Shown: positions 49,002-58,562 of the stretch, one piece after another
Position numbering within the stretch: position 1 is the stretch's first letter
How the letters are laid out: each line of letters begins with the position of its first letter
Assembly: GCA_014728295.1 (NCBI GenBank)
Contig: WJLW01000019.1
Coordinates: 72,527-136,526 of the forward strand
From: Chitinivibrionales bacterium
GTDB taxonomy: Bacteria > Fibrobacterota > Chitinivibrionia > Chitinivibrionales > WJKA01
DNA: 64,000 nucleotides
Direction: 5' to 3'
Notes under the pieces: model-generated
What the model was told of the DNA's origin: nothing
The model's database searches: none
Seen by the model: the letters and a program-made list of their open reading frames with translations, nothing else
Made by a program: the position numbers and the translations under genes

Positions 49002-49784
49002 CTAACCTTCTCCTTCGGCTGCCTGCATAGCGGCATTTTGTTTCTGGCGAACCAGGTACGGCCTGATTTGCTCGATAACGTTCATGGCCGCCGATGGTGC
49101 ATGCACGGGAAAATGTTTTGCATTTGCTTCACCTGCAACCAGGCTCATCGCGTTATCGCTTTTGGCGGCAAACGTGTGCTCCATGATAATCCCCTTGCCC
49201 GCCTGATACAGTTTGATCTCGGTGAAAAGATTCAAGTGAGATGTCTTAATTGAGAACAGGGCGCTGCTCGAATCGTATCCCATCCTGTTCTCAATCAGCA
49301 AAAGCGTCTGCACATTAAAAAGCTTTGCCACCGAATCGAGTTTTTCGTCATTATAGGAGGAAATGTAATTAATTCCCTCCGGCGTCAGCATATTCGCGCC
49401 GGGCGCTATATCTTGTCCCATAATAATTTTAGGCGTATGCCGGCTAAGCTCCTGATACTTTTTATTTGCGGCAATCTCTTCCCAACCTACAAACGGAACA
49501 TTGAGAAACGCTATGCGAATATTTTCCCTGAAGTATTTCCACAATGAATCGAGAGTTTCATCATGGCCTGCATAGTAGCGCTTTTTGCTTTGCAACAGCC
49601 CCGGGCCGGTATCTTTTTCATTGCCGGTTCCGACTATCGATCGATCAAGTGCGAAACTGATCAGGGCAATATCACCCTGCTCGTCGATATCGACATATTG
49701 CGGCGGCGGAAGGCAGCCGGTTGATACAACAAACAGCAGTCCTGCTGCGATACTCAGGAAGAGTCTCGCTTTTTGTGAGTTCAC
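49002..49784 (-). CDS. Hypothetical lipoprotein
   Basis: AAGGAG RBS before GTG; lipobox VSTGC. Confidence 0.7.
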   Translation of the reverse strand: MNSQKARLFLSIAAGLLFVVSTGCLPPPQYVDIDEQGDIALISFALDRSIVGTGNEKDTGPGLLQSKKRYYAGHDETLDSLWKYFRENIRIAFLNVPFVGWEEIAANKKYQELSRHTPKIIMGQDIAPGANMLTPEGINYISSYNDEKLDSVAKLFNVQTLLLIENRMGYDSSSALFSIKTSHLNLFTEIKLYQAGKGIIMEHTFAAKSDNAMSLVAGEANAKHFPVHAPSAAMNVIEQIRPYLVRQKQNAAMQAAEGEG

Positions 49785-49858
49785 TGTAACTCCTTTGCCG
49801 GGTGATGAAGGTGCTAATTGACCTGCTCAACGATACGTATGCGCAACCGGCATCCGAT

Positions 49859-50548
49859 TCAATTAAAGAGCAGCTTTTCGAATTCATAGGTTACACCGAG
49901 CCCGAATTGAATTTCATTCCACTCAGAGGTTAAATTTCGAAAATAGGAATACTCCAGTAAAATGCCGTATTTCGCCCCCAGATGAAGATTGGCATTCCCG
50001 CCAACCAGATTTTGCAGCGGGACATCACCGAACGTATAGATGCGTCCATTATAGGCAGGAACCAGGGAGACGCTGAACCATTCTGCGGGGTAATAGCTGA
50101 AATACAGGGGAAGCGAGTATTCCACACGGGCGAGCGCCTCGCCGTCATCGGCATCGCCGAATGACGTGTACCCTAATCGCACTCCAACTGCGCTGAATAT
50201 ACCCGTTTCTTTACTCCCGCCAAGAAACGTATACTTTGCCTCGACGCACCCGGCGGTTGGAAATGTGTACTTGAAACCAACATCGAACTTGTCAAGCAAA
50301 CCGAACATGCCGCCAAGCTCAAAAAAGATTCCCTGCGGCACATAGGTTTGGACCGTATCGATATCCTCATCTTCCAGAAGCACCAGGGTATCGCCCGAGA
50401 ACTGTGCAAACGAAAATGCAGTAAATGCGTGCGCCTGGCCCTTACCTGACGCACGCGCCGTATGAAAGTTGGAGTTCGATGCACAACCGGACAAAACCAG
50501 CACGGCTGATGCACCCAGTGCCAATGCGTGGAACAAGCGGTTGCTCAT
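49859..50548 (-). CDS. Lipoprotein with a predicted beta-barrel-like body
   Basis: Lipobox LSGC; alternating hydrophobic strands; ends EIQFGLGVTYEF. Confidence 0.7.
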   Translation of the reverse strand: MSNRLFHALALGASAVLVLSGCASNSNFHTARASGKGQAHAFTAFSFAQFSGDTLVLLEDEDIDTVQTYVPQGIFFELGGMFGLLDKFDVGFKYTFPTAGCVEAKYTFLGGSKETGIFSAVGVRLGYTSFGDADDGEALARVEYSLPLYFSYYPAEWFSVSLVPAYNGRIYTFGDVPLQNLVGGNANLHLGAKYGILLEYSYFRNLTSEWNEIQFGLGVTYEFEKLLFN

Positions 50549-50828
50549 ACACTTTCCCTTCAAAGATTAAGTATGTGCCTGTGGCAACCTCGATTTTGGC
50601 GCAAATATATTTTAATGTCGAGCGCTATTCTTTGATGGCCGGATTTCCCTTGTACGAAACTCCTTTGCAAGATATGCACTACATTTTTAAAGCACCCAGG
50701 TAATTCACCAAGGAATATAAATTGCCTCCGAAATGAAACGCAATAACCAATTGCTGAATACATTCGTCTGCCGTGCATGAAAATGCTTGGCTCTCAAAGC
50801 GCTCAAACACTCGCCCGGGAAACACGTC

Positions 50829-51539
50829 ATGCAAATTGAAACTCCGATAATCCACACATTTGCCTTCGAACAACTCGGTATCACCGATGCGGAAATTATG
50901 CAGGCCATGGGCTACGGCCCTGAAGATTACGACAGCCATATTATCGCACAGGTCAACTCCTGTCTGCAGTCGGTACCGGATAATCTGCGTATCGAAGGGG
51001 GCTGTGTGCTCTATGATAACGTTACCGTATACCCCGAATCAGGCGAAATCTTTGTCCGGAATTCAAGCTTTACAACCGGAAAAATCGTAGCGCATGAAAT
51101 GAAAAATCCACAATACATCGCCGTATTTGCGTGCACGGCAGGGGAAGAGATTTCGCATAAGTCAAAAATAGCAATCTCGGGAGATCCGCTAAATGGCTAC
51201 CTGTTCGACACGATCGGATCTGAAATAGCCGAACGGGCAATGGACCGAGTTCAGTCGCATCTGAGCGAGCACGCTGCAGCAGAAAAGATGAACATCACCA
51301 ATCGATTCAGTCCCGGATACTGCTCGTGGCCGGTTTCCGACCAGCATGCCCTGTTTGCATTGTTGCCAAATCGCTTTTGCGGCATAACGCTGACCCCGTC
51401 CGCACTGATGCAGCCGGTCAAATCGGTAAGTGGTTTTATCGGTATCGGCACAAACGTGCGCTACCGCGACTATCAATGCTTGCTGTGCGATATGCATGAC
51501 TGTATCCGGCGTAAGCAGCGTATTCGGCAGACCGGATGA
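50829..51539 (+). CDS. Stand-alone methionine synthase activation-domain protein
   Basis: AVFACTAG, D.IGSE.AE, RFSPGY..W, GITLT.S.LM.P.KSVSG.IG, and C-terminal CxxCxxxxC. Confidence 0.88.
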   Translation: MQIETPIIHTFAFEQLGITDAEIMQAMGYGPEDYDSHIIAQVNSCLQSVPDNLRIEGGCVLYDNVTVYPESGEIFVRNSSFTTGKIVAHEMKNPQYIAVFACTAGEEISHKSKIAISGDPLNGYLFDTIGSEIAERAMDRVQSHLSEHAAAEKMNITNRFSPGYCSWPVSDQHALFALLPNRFCGITLTPSALMQPVKSVSGFIGIGTNVRYRDYQCLLCDMHDCIRRKQRIRQTG

Positions 51540-51699
51540 GTGAGCGCTGGATTGACATCCTGAGTCAAAATAGCCTATATTCAGATTATCTTTTTCCACG
51601 ACCAACTCTTGCCTGAACATAATTAATTTCCTGCTCCTGTATTAGTGCAGAAGACACGCTATCTGACACAGATTTGAAAGGAAATCAACCAGGTAAATC

Positions 51700-52398
51700 A
51701 TGGGATTTTACGACAGCTACCAAAAAAGAAATGTTTCACCTGTCGGCAGAATGCTGAATGAACGATTTACCCGCAGAGTATCGCGGCTCGTTGCTGCTTA
51801 TGCTCAAAAAAACGATACCATAATTGAAATTGGATCAGGCAAGGGAGCATTGGCAGCCGCACTCAGCAGCAAATATTCTTACATAGGATACGAGCCCGGC
51901 CCAGCGCTTCATAAATCCCTGGTGCAGGGCGGCTTAAAGGTGCACAACGAGTTTGCTCCCCCATTGCGGGAAGAAAGTGATACGAGTACCGCAATAATTG
52001 CCTCACACGTCGTAGAACACATGGAAAATGTCGGTGTTGCCATGTAATTATTCAAAGAGGTAAACCGTGTGCTCAAGAAAGGTGGAGTATTCATTTGCAT
52101 CACTCCGGATTTTCGAGATTGGAAGTATTTGTTTTATGATGTTGACTATACGCACAGCTTTCCCACGACGCCAAACAGATTATGGGATCTCGCAACCGAC
52201 AATGGGTTTTCAATTGCAGCAAGCACATATCTATATGGGGCTTTACCTTTTTTTCCCGGATATTTTATGAATCAGAGCATTAAGCTTCTCTTTACAATAC
52301 TCAACATTTTGTTGCACAATTCAGTCTATAAAAGAAAGAGAATATCAAAATTGGAGCACTTGTGTTCGAGATGCATACTTATCGTTTGTCAAAAATAA
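51700..52398 (+). pseudogene. Class I SAM methyltransferase interrupted by an in-frame TAA
   Basis: IEIGSGKG and SHVVEH, then ATG-TAA (52045-52047), continuing in frame LFKEVNRVLKKGG.FICITP...DYTH. Confidence 0.85.
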
Positions 52399-52421
52399 AA
52401 AGGCAAGGACGCTCATCATGA

Positions 52422-52931
52422 ATGAAATCAAAATGGGATACGATCATGATATTTTATACAGAATTCAGAATGCATTTTTTTTTATCATTAATCTTAGTCT
52501 GCTTTTCACTGGCATTAGCTGAAGATCTATTAAAAAGCGGAAAAACTACTATCAGCAATAGTATTGTATTAGAAACTACGCTCGATGTTAGATTTGATTC
52601 ATTCAATGCAGATACAATCACATTATGTGAAATTCTTAAGAAGAGCACGAAAAATGTCTATGAATGCAATAATCCAATTTCGATAGGAATCTATTGTGCG
52701 GTTATGGCCGGATACAAAATTCTCCTCTTAAATAAAGGATTGCATGAGAATGAAATGATTATTAGTTCTGTTGACAGCATCAAGATGAAAATCAAAAGTC
52801 AAAATAAGAAAAATGCAAAGATAGCAGATGTTTATTTAAATGGGAAATTACTTGGAAAAACCAACGTCCGAAAACTTAAGGAGGAATTCACGAGAATAAG
52901 GGATAAATACCTGGCGATCTGGATCATATAG
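52422..52931 (+). CDS. AT-rich hypothetical exported protein
   Basis: Open frame with a signal-like segment (MHFFLSLILVCFSLALA); visibly lower GC than the flanks. Confidence 0.5.
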   Translation: MKSKWDTIMIFYTEFRMHFFLSLILVCFSLALAEDLLKSGKTTISNSIVLETTLDVRFDSFNADTITLCEILKKSTKNVYECNNPISIGIYCAVMAGYKILLLNKGLHENEMIISSVDSIKMKIKSQNKKNAKIADVYLNGKLLGKTNVRKLKEEFTRIRDKYLAIWII

Positions 52932-53199
52932 GAATTGTAGTAAATGTCCAGGTCGCAGATGCCAACCGGTATTACCTTGTTCATAATATCGGCAATGGAG
53001 CAGAACTCGAAGATGTGCTTTTCGAATTTAAGATCGCTGGTCAATACAGCTTTTTTAGCGGGCTTTGATAGATTCACCAGCACCCGGCTAACCCCTGCAA
53101 GAAGTCCGGATTTTACAATTATTCTCTCTCAGATTAGTGTATCTTTTATACCATCATCCCCGGCCGGGAAAAAACATTAATCCCAACGAAAGGTACACA

Positions 53200-53568
53200 A
53201 TGAAATTCCTCATCAACTGGTTCGAAATACCCGCCCGGAACATCGACCGGGCGGTACAATTTTATAATCAGGTTTTTGATCTCGAGCTGAAGGTTACCGA
53301 TTGCGGTGGTGAGAAAATGGCCTGTTTTCCTGAGATGAACGGTATGTCCGGTTCAATCTCGCAGGTTGCCGGCTTCACCCCCTCACCAGACGGCGTTCAG
53401 ATTACCTTTGACGGAGGCGACGACCTGAACAATACTCTTGCGCGTGTTAAAAAAGCCGGCGGTACGGTAGTTCGCGAAAAGACCGTCATCGAAGCCCTAG
53501 GCAGAGGCTCTTTTGCGCTCTTCACCGATTCCGAAGGCAATACCATTGGCGTATATTCCGATACGTAA
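53200..53568 (+). CDS. VOC/glyoxalase family protein
   Basis: NWFEIPA..DRA..FY..VF, V.KAGG and F.DSEGN motifs. Confidence 0.92.
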   Translation: MKFLINWFEIPARNIDRAVQFYNQVFDLELKVTDCGGEKMACFPEMNGMSGSISQVAGFTPSPDGVQITFDGGDDLNNTLARVKKAGGTVVREKTVIEALGRGSFALFTDSEGNTIGVYSDT

Positions 53569-53578
53569 TCTCAAAACG

Positions 53579-53614
53579 AATGGCCCGCGTGCACAAGCGG
53601 GCCATTTGGCTTTC
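53579..53614 (+). terminator. Probable intrinsic terminator after the VOC gene
   Basis: Perfect 10-bp stem AATGGCCCGC/GCGGGCCATT with an 8-nt loop and a weak T-rich tail. Confidence 0.55.
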
Positions 53615-53712
53615 GATCGCACGCCTGGTTACAACTGGATACCAGGCTCTCAGCTCGAACGTGTAGTAGATTTTTCGTCGTTTCGCTGCGCTGAGCGGGA
53701 TGCCAAAACAAT

Positions 53713-54525
53713 ATGAACTACGAAATTAGAAAACCGGCTCCATCACTCGCACCATACGTGCGCTACTATTGGGCGCTTGACGTATCAAATCCGGACGTTA
53801 TTCATCCGTACCGGGTGATACCACAAGGCTGTGTTGAACTCATGTTCTTTTATCGAGAGCCATATTATGCCATAAACAGCGCAGAAAACAGGCTGTCCCT
53901 TCTTCCGTATTCCATCATTTCGGGTCAGCAGCACTCCTGGTTTGAGCTTCAGGCCGCCGGATCCATCGGGCTGTTTTCGGTATTGTTCAAACCGCACGGT
54001 GCGCACGCCTTCTTGCGCCTGCCATTGAGCGCATTGACGGACAGGAGCATTCCATTCGAAGACTTGGCCGGCAGGGAAGCATTGGAATTGGAAAACAAAG
54101 TCGTATCGGCAAATTCTATTGACGAACGGGTAAAATGTATCGAATCATTCCTGCTCAAAAGAATTCCCGAAAAGACCGATGATTTGCGACGTATGGATGC
54201 AGTCCAGGAAACCATCCGGGCACTGCGTGCCGAGACCAGCGTTGAAGACCTCGCTTCACGTGCATGCCTGGGATATAAGCAACTCAGCAGAATTTTTACA
54301 CGTTTTATCGGGATGACGCCTAAGCAATACTTAAAGATCGTTCGTTTTCAGCACAGCCTGCATGTCAAGCAGCATGCGCCTCATATAAGCCTGACACGAC
54401 TCGCAATGAATTGCGGCTATTACGACCAGGCGCACTTCATACGCGACTTCAAGGAGATAACCGGCATGACGCCGCGCAGATTCTTTGCATTGTCGGATGC
54501 TTATTCCGACTTTTTTACCAGGTAG
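53713..54525 (+). CDS. AraC-family transcriptional regulator
   Basis: L.PYVRYYW N-domain; L.R.F...IG.TPK; LA...GYYDQAHF.RDFK..TG.TP. Confidence 0.93.
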   Translation: MNYEIRKPAPSLAPYVRYYWALDVSNPDVIHPYRVIPQGCVELMFFYREPYYAINSAENRLSLLPYSIISGQQHSWFELQAAGSIGLFSVLFKPHGAHAFLRLPLSALTDRSIPFEDLAGREALELENKVVSANSIDERVKCIESFLLKRIPEKTDDLRRMDAVQETIRALRAETSVEDLASRACLGYKQLSRIFTRFIGMTPKQYLKIVRFQHSLHVKQHAPHISLTRLAMNCGYYDQAHFIRDFKEITGMTPRRFFALSDAYSDFFTR

Positions 54526-54602
54526 TGCGACAACTGCGGGCAGTAGCCCGTCTGCGAATCACCTATTTTTAGGTTGTCGTATTTTCATCCGCGAACAAGC
54601 AC

Positions 54603-55601
54603 ATGCACAACTTCTGGTCACGCCTGGAATCGCCGATTTTTACCCTTGCGCCAATGGAAGATGTCACCGACACTTCGTTTCGGGAGGTGATTCTCTCGGC
54701 TTCTGCTCCGGAGTGCCTGCACGCAGTCTTTACCGAATTTACCTCGACCGACGGTCTCTACAGTGAAAAGGGACGTGCAAATGTCAAGCGTCGATTAGCG
54801 GTGAATGACTCGGAACGCAAGCTGCTGCAGAAGATGGGGGTAAGGCTGGTTGCTCAGATCTGGGGCGCAAATCCGGTCAAATTCCACTGGGCTACACGCT
54901 GGATCTGCGATAATTTTGAGTTTGACGGCATCGATATTAACATGGGGTGCCCGGTCAAAAAAATCGTCAAAGGCGGTGGCTGCTCGGCGCTGATCAAAGA
55001 TTTTGCCCTGGCCCGGGAAATCATCGCCGCTACAAAGAATGCCACCGATCTACCCGTGAGCGTCAAGACAAGAATCGGCTTTAACAGCGTGGTTACCGAA
55101 GAGTGGTCCGAAAACCTTTTGTCAACCGGATTGGCGGCGCTCATCGTTCACGGCAGAACGCAGCGCATGCAGTCGGAAGGACGTGCCGACTGGAATGAAG
55201 TTGCAAAAACTGCTGCAATTCGCACCAGCATGGGGCTGCAGACAAAAATACTGGGCAATGGAGACGTAGGCTCATACGCACAAGGTGTGGATTACACGAA
55301 ACGCTACGGCCTTGACGGCGTGATGATCGGCAGGGGCGTCTTTAAAAACCCCTGGTTTTTCGCGCAACATGATTCAGAGCGATCGCTTGATGAAAAGCTT
55401 ACGCTCATCCGCTCACACATTCGGCTCTTCGATCAAACCTGGGGTGAAGTAAAGAAATTCGAAATGCTGAAACGTTTTTTCAAAATATACCTGACCGGAT
55501 TCAAAGGTGCGGCTGCTTTGCGGGGGCAATTGATGGAGACAAAAACTGCTCAGGAAGCGTTGTCACTGCTTTCAAATCCCGCTCCTACCAGATCTTTATA
55601 G
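54603..55601 (+). CDS. dus: tRNA-dihydrouridine synthase
   Basis: LAPMEDVTD, DINMGCP, SVKTRIG, HGRT, NGDV and DGVMIGRG motifs. Confidence 0.93.
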   Translation: MHNFWSRLESPIFTLAPMEDVTDTSFREVILSASAPECLHAVFTEFTSTDGLYSEKGRANVKRRLAVNDSERKLLQKMGVRLVAQIWGANPVKFHWATRWICDNFEFDGIDINMGCPVKKIVKGGGCSALIKDFALAREIIAATKNATDLPVSVKTRIGFNSVVTEEWSENLLSTGLAALIVHGRTQRMQSEGRADWNEVAKTAAIRTSMGLQTKILGNGDVGSYAQGVDYTKRYGLDGVMIGRGVFKNPWFFAQHDSERSLDEKLTLIRSHIRLFDQTWGEVKKFEMLKRFFKIYLTGFKGAAALRGQLMETKTAQEALSLLSNPAPTRSL

Positions 55602-55870
55602 CCCTCGCTCAAAGGAATTAGCCGCTCAAAACCCAGTTTCTCCAGCAAAGGTGCGGCAATGCGCACGCGATTGCCACTGCGGCAATGCAGATACGTTTTA
55701 GCCGATTTATCCAGATCGGCAGGATAATCGCCGCGTCGCAGTTGACTCAGCGGAACCAGGCGTGCATCACGCAGATGACCTGCGTCCCATTCATCCAGTT
55801 CACGAACATCGAGAAGCTGGGCGGCATTGTCGTTGAGTTCCTTCTGCAAACTTTTCAGATGTGGTTGCAT
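55550..55870 (-). CDS. Rhodanese-like sulfurtransferase domain protein
   Basis: LLDVRE..EW..GHL and HCRSGNR motifs; directly follows cysM; 3' end overlaps dus. Confidence 0.88.
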   Translation of the reverse strand: MQPHLKSLQKELNDNAAQLLDVRELDEWDAGHLRDARLVPLSQLRRGDYPADLDKSAKTYLHCRSGNRVRIAAPLLEKLGFERLIPLSEGYKDLVGAGFESSDNAS

Positions 55871-55874
55871 ATTC

Positions 55875-56756
55875 CTATCCGTCAAATAAGGGTGAAGAAA
55901 GATACCGATCGCCGCGATCGCAAATAATAGTCACGACAACCCCTTCTTGCAGCTCCCGGCAGAGCCCACAGGCCGCGTGTACCGCCCCGCCGCTGCTCAT
56001 ACCGGCAAATACGCCAAGTTCCCGCGCCAGCCGCCGCGTCATTTCAACAGCTTCTTCTTGCGAAACGTCTATAATCCGATCCACGCGGTCTGCTTCGAAG
56101 ATTTTCGGCAGGTATTCTTTTGGCCATCGCCTGATGCCGGGAATTCGAGCGCCCTCTTGAGGCTGTACGCCGATGATCTGTATGTTATGGTTGCGTTCCT
56201 TGAGATAGCGAGATACGCCCATGATAGTACCGGTGGTGCCCATCGACGATACGAAATGGGTCACCTTTTGCTGCGTTGCCTGCCAGACTTCGGGCCCCGT
56301 AGTGCGGTAGTGGGCGCGATAGTTATCGGGATTACCGAATTGGTCAAGCATGACGTATCCGCCCTTCGTCACCTGGTCACGGGCATAATCGATCGCCCCC
56401 TCCATGCTGCGATCGGCAGAGGTCAATATTACTTTTGCTCCGAAGGCCTGCATGGTGAGCACACGCTCCCGCGTTGAATTTTCGGGCATGACCAGGTCGA
56501 TGTCATAGCCCTTGGAGCCGGCCATCATGGCCAGTGCAATGCCTGTATTCCCGCTGGTTGGTTCGATGAGCTTGATACCGGGTCGCAGGAGGCCGCGCCG
56601 TTCGGCCCCCTCGATCATCGATAGTGCAGCACGGTCTTTTACCGAGCTTCCGGGATTATTCCCTTCCAGTTTACCGAACAGGCGCACCCCGCTTATGCCG
56701 TGCAATTCACTCAAGTCAACCAGCGGCGTCGTGCCGACCAAGTCCGTTATTTTGAT
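55875..56756 (-). CDS. cysM: Cysteine synthase B
   Basis: KLEGNNP..SVKDR, EPTSGNTG, GTTGT, IPGIRRWP and DRGDRYLS motifs; start codon uncertain (see findings). Confidence 0.93.
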   Translation of the reverse strand: MKITDLVGTTPLVDLSELHGISGVRLFGKLEGNNPGSSVKDRAALSMIEGAERRGLLRPGIKLIEPTSGNTGIALAMMAGSKGYDIDLVMPENSTRERVLTMQAFGAKVILTSADRSMEGAIDYARDQVTKGGYVMLDQFGNPDNYRAHYRTTGPEVWQATQQKVTHFVSSMGTTGTIMGVSRYLKERNHNIQIIGVQPQEGARIPGIRRWPKEYLPKIFEADRVDRIIDVSQEEAVEMTRRLARELGVFAGMSSGGAVHAACGLCRELQEGVVVTIICDRGDRYLSSPLFDG

Positions 56757-56854
56757 AATAAGCTCCTTATCTCAGCAGTGAAACCGAAAAATAGATTTAC
56801 CTGAAAAAGAGGTCAAATACCGATGGGATACGGGGTAACAGCGTGTGCGGAAAA

Positions 56855-58441
56855 TCAGCCCTGGCGATACTCGAACCAGTCGAAATCTGCGCAATTTTCA
56901 CTTTGAGCACCGTTGCTGCTTGCGTACATCCCGATGTAGGTACCGGTAAAGCCGCCCGCAATTTCGGTGCTGAGTATGCGTGAGTCAACTTTTTCGGCAA
57001 GTGATTGCAGGCAATCGGCATTGCTGCCGAACATAAAGCTAAGCTCCTGACCGCGGGCACTGGCTGCAAGCACCAGCGGACCTGCAGCAGGGGCTGGGAC
57101 AGATGCAAGAACGTCTTCAGTGTTTCGATACCGCTTTGTCAGGCGCAGCAATCGCCCCTCATTCGATTGGCAGATTTCCACGCGGAAATGAAATCCGCTG
57201 TTCTGCAGCAGCACCAGGCCGGCGGTTTCGGTTGCCGAGTCCGGTTCGAATTCCACTTTGCAGGAGGCATGGAAATCAATATGCTGCTGCCGCCTGCCGA
57301 CAAACGACGGGTTGACATGCTCGGCAATGCGCTCCGGTCTCAACCGCAGGCGCAGGAACCCGACCCGTTCGTCAAGGTTCCAGAACCGCTCACGCGGCGT
57401 GCGCAGGAAATTGTAACAAAGTGCGAGTTCCTGTGCGTCAAAGCCGTCACGATCCGGCATGCGGTATGGGGCATGCTGCGGCAAATCAGGGGCCTGGTAT
57501 TCGAATTCGATCCGGCCGCATCCCGGACTGACAATCGGCCAGTCATACAGCCAGCTTACCGGCGCCAGGAAGGTTTCCCGGCCAAGATTTCGATAGAGAC
57601 CGCCGTAGGGGCGCGAGCCAAGCAGTACCAGCCACCATTCACCGTTCTGCGTTTGCACCAGATCGCCGTGACCGACATTGGTAATGGGAATGTCATTTCC
57701 CATGTGCCGGTGGGTGATAATCGGATTGCGCGGGTTATTTTCGTACGGTCCAGTAATCTGCCTGCTGCGTGCGACGGTGATAGCATGCGCGTATCCGGTT
57801 CCGCCCTCGGCGACCATCAGATAGTAATAACCACGTGTCTTGTAGATGTGCGGTCCTTCGGTATGACGTGCAGCATCGGCCAGTGCGCCTTCCCAGAGAT
57901 AGTACTTTGGGCCGGCCATTTCCATTTTTTCGATATCCAGCTCCTGCAGCCAGATTGCATTGTTGCCTTTGTAGCGCGGCCCGTTCGGGGGATATCCGGT
58001 GCCGGCAAACCAGGCACGGCCGTCATCGTCAAAAAACAGCGATGGATCGATACCACAGGCGTTGTCCAGCCAGTGCGGCTCCGACCAGGGACCGGCGGGA
58101 TTGACGGCGGTAACGATGAAATTGCCCCCTTCCATCGATTCGCCGCGTATTTTTCTGCACACATTGGTTGTACAGATGTAGAACGTCCCACCGTGATATC
58201 GAATAGTCGCCGCCCAAATGCCGCGTGATGGTTCGCACATGTCCAGATCAAGTTGCGACGGACGATTCAGCACGTGTCCGATTTGGCGCCAGTTGACGAG
58301 GTCTTTGCTGTGGAAGACGGGTACTCCGGGGAAGTATTCGAAACTGGATGTTACGAGATAGTAGTCATCGTCCACGCGGCATAGTGATGGATCGGGGTAG
58401 AATCCAGGCAGCACAGGATTAGTATAAACCGGCACAAGCAT
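56855..58441 (-). CDS. GH43 beta-xylosidase/arabinofuranosidase with C-terminal beta-sandwich
   Basis: NPVLPGFYPDPS, SSFEYFPG, IDPSLF, EGPHIY, AEGGT, GHGDLV and GGFTG motifs; no signal peptide. Confidence 0.94.
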   Translation of the reverse strand: MLVPVYTNPVLPGFYPDPSLCRVDDDYYLVTSSFEYFPGVPVFHSKDLVNWRQIGHVLNRPSQLDLDMCEPSRGIWAATIRYHGGTFYICTTNVCRKIRGESMEGGNFIVTAVNPAGPWSEPHWLDNACGIDPSLFFDDDGRAWFAGTGYPPNGPRYKGNNAIWLQELDIEKMEMAGPKYYLWEGALADAARHTEGPHIYKTRGYYYLMVAEGGTGYAHAITVARSRQITGPYENNPRNPIITHRHMGNDIPITNVGHGDLVQTQNGEWWLVLLGSRPYGGLYRNLGRETFLAPVSWLYDWPIVSPGCGRIEFEYQAPDLPQHAPYRMPDRDGFDAQELALCYNFLRTPRERFWNLDERVGFLRLRLRPERIAEHVNPSFVGRRQQHIDFHASCKVEFEPDSATETAGLVLLQNSGFHFRVEICQSNEGRLLRLTKRYRNTEDVLASVPAPAAGPLVLAASARGQELSFMFGSNADCLQSLAEKVDSRILSTEIAGGFTGTYIGMYASSNGAQSENCADFDWFEYRQG

Positions 58442-58532
58442 TCCCTGCGACCAAAGGTGATACGCTATAATAATTAGGTACAAAAATAACAGAAGGCAGA
58501 GATGTTGTTTTACGCCGGGTAGCTATGCGCTT

Positions 58533-58562
58533 AAAAAATGCCCGGAGCTTTACCCTCCGGGC
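58533..58562 (-). terminator. Intrinsic terminator of the Ig-repeat lipoprotein gene
   Basis: GCCCGGAG/CTCCGGGC 8-bp stem followed on the minus strand by ATTTTTT. Confidence 0.75.

Noticed and set aside
52045-52047. Stop-codon reassignment or readthrough as the explanation for in-frame stops
   Set aside because: TAA, TAG and TGA all terminate well-supported genes normally in this window
52832-53135. Minus-strand frame with a faint KOW/NusG-like look (IIVKSGLLAGVSRVLV)
   Set aside because: Too short and degenerate to support, and it overlaps the convergent ORF
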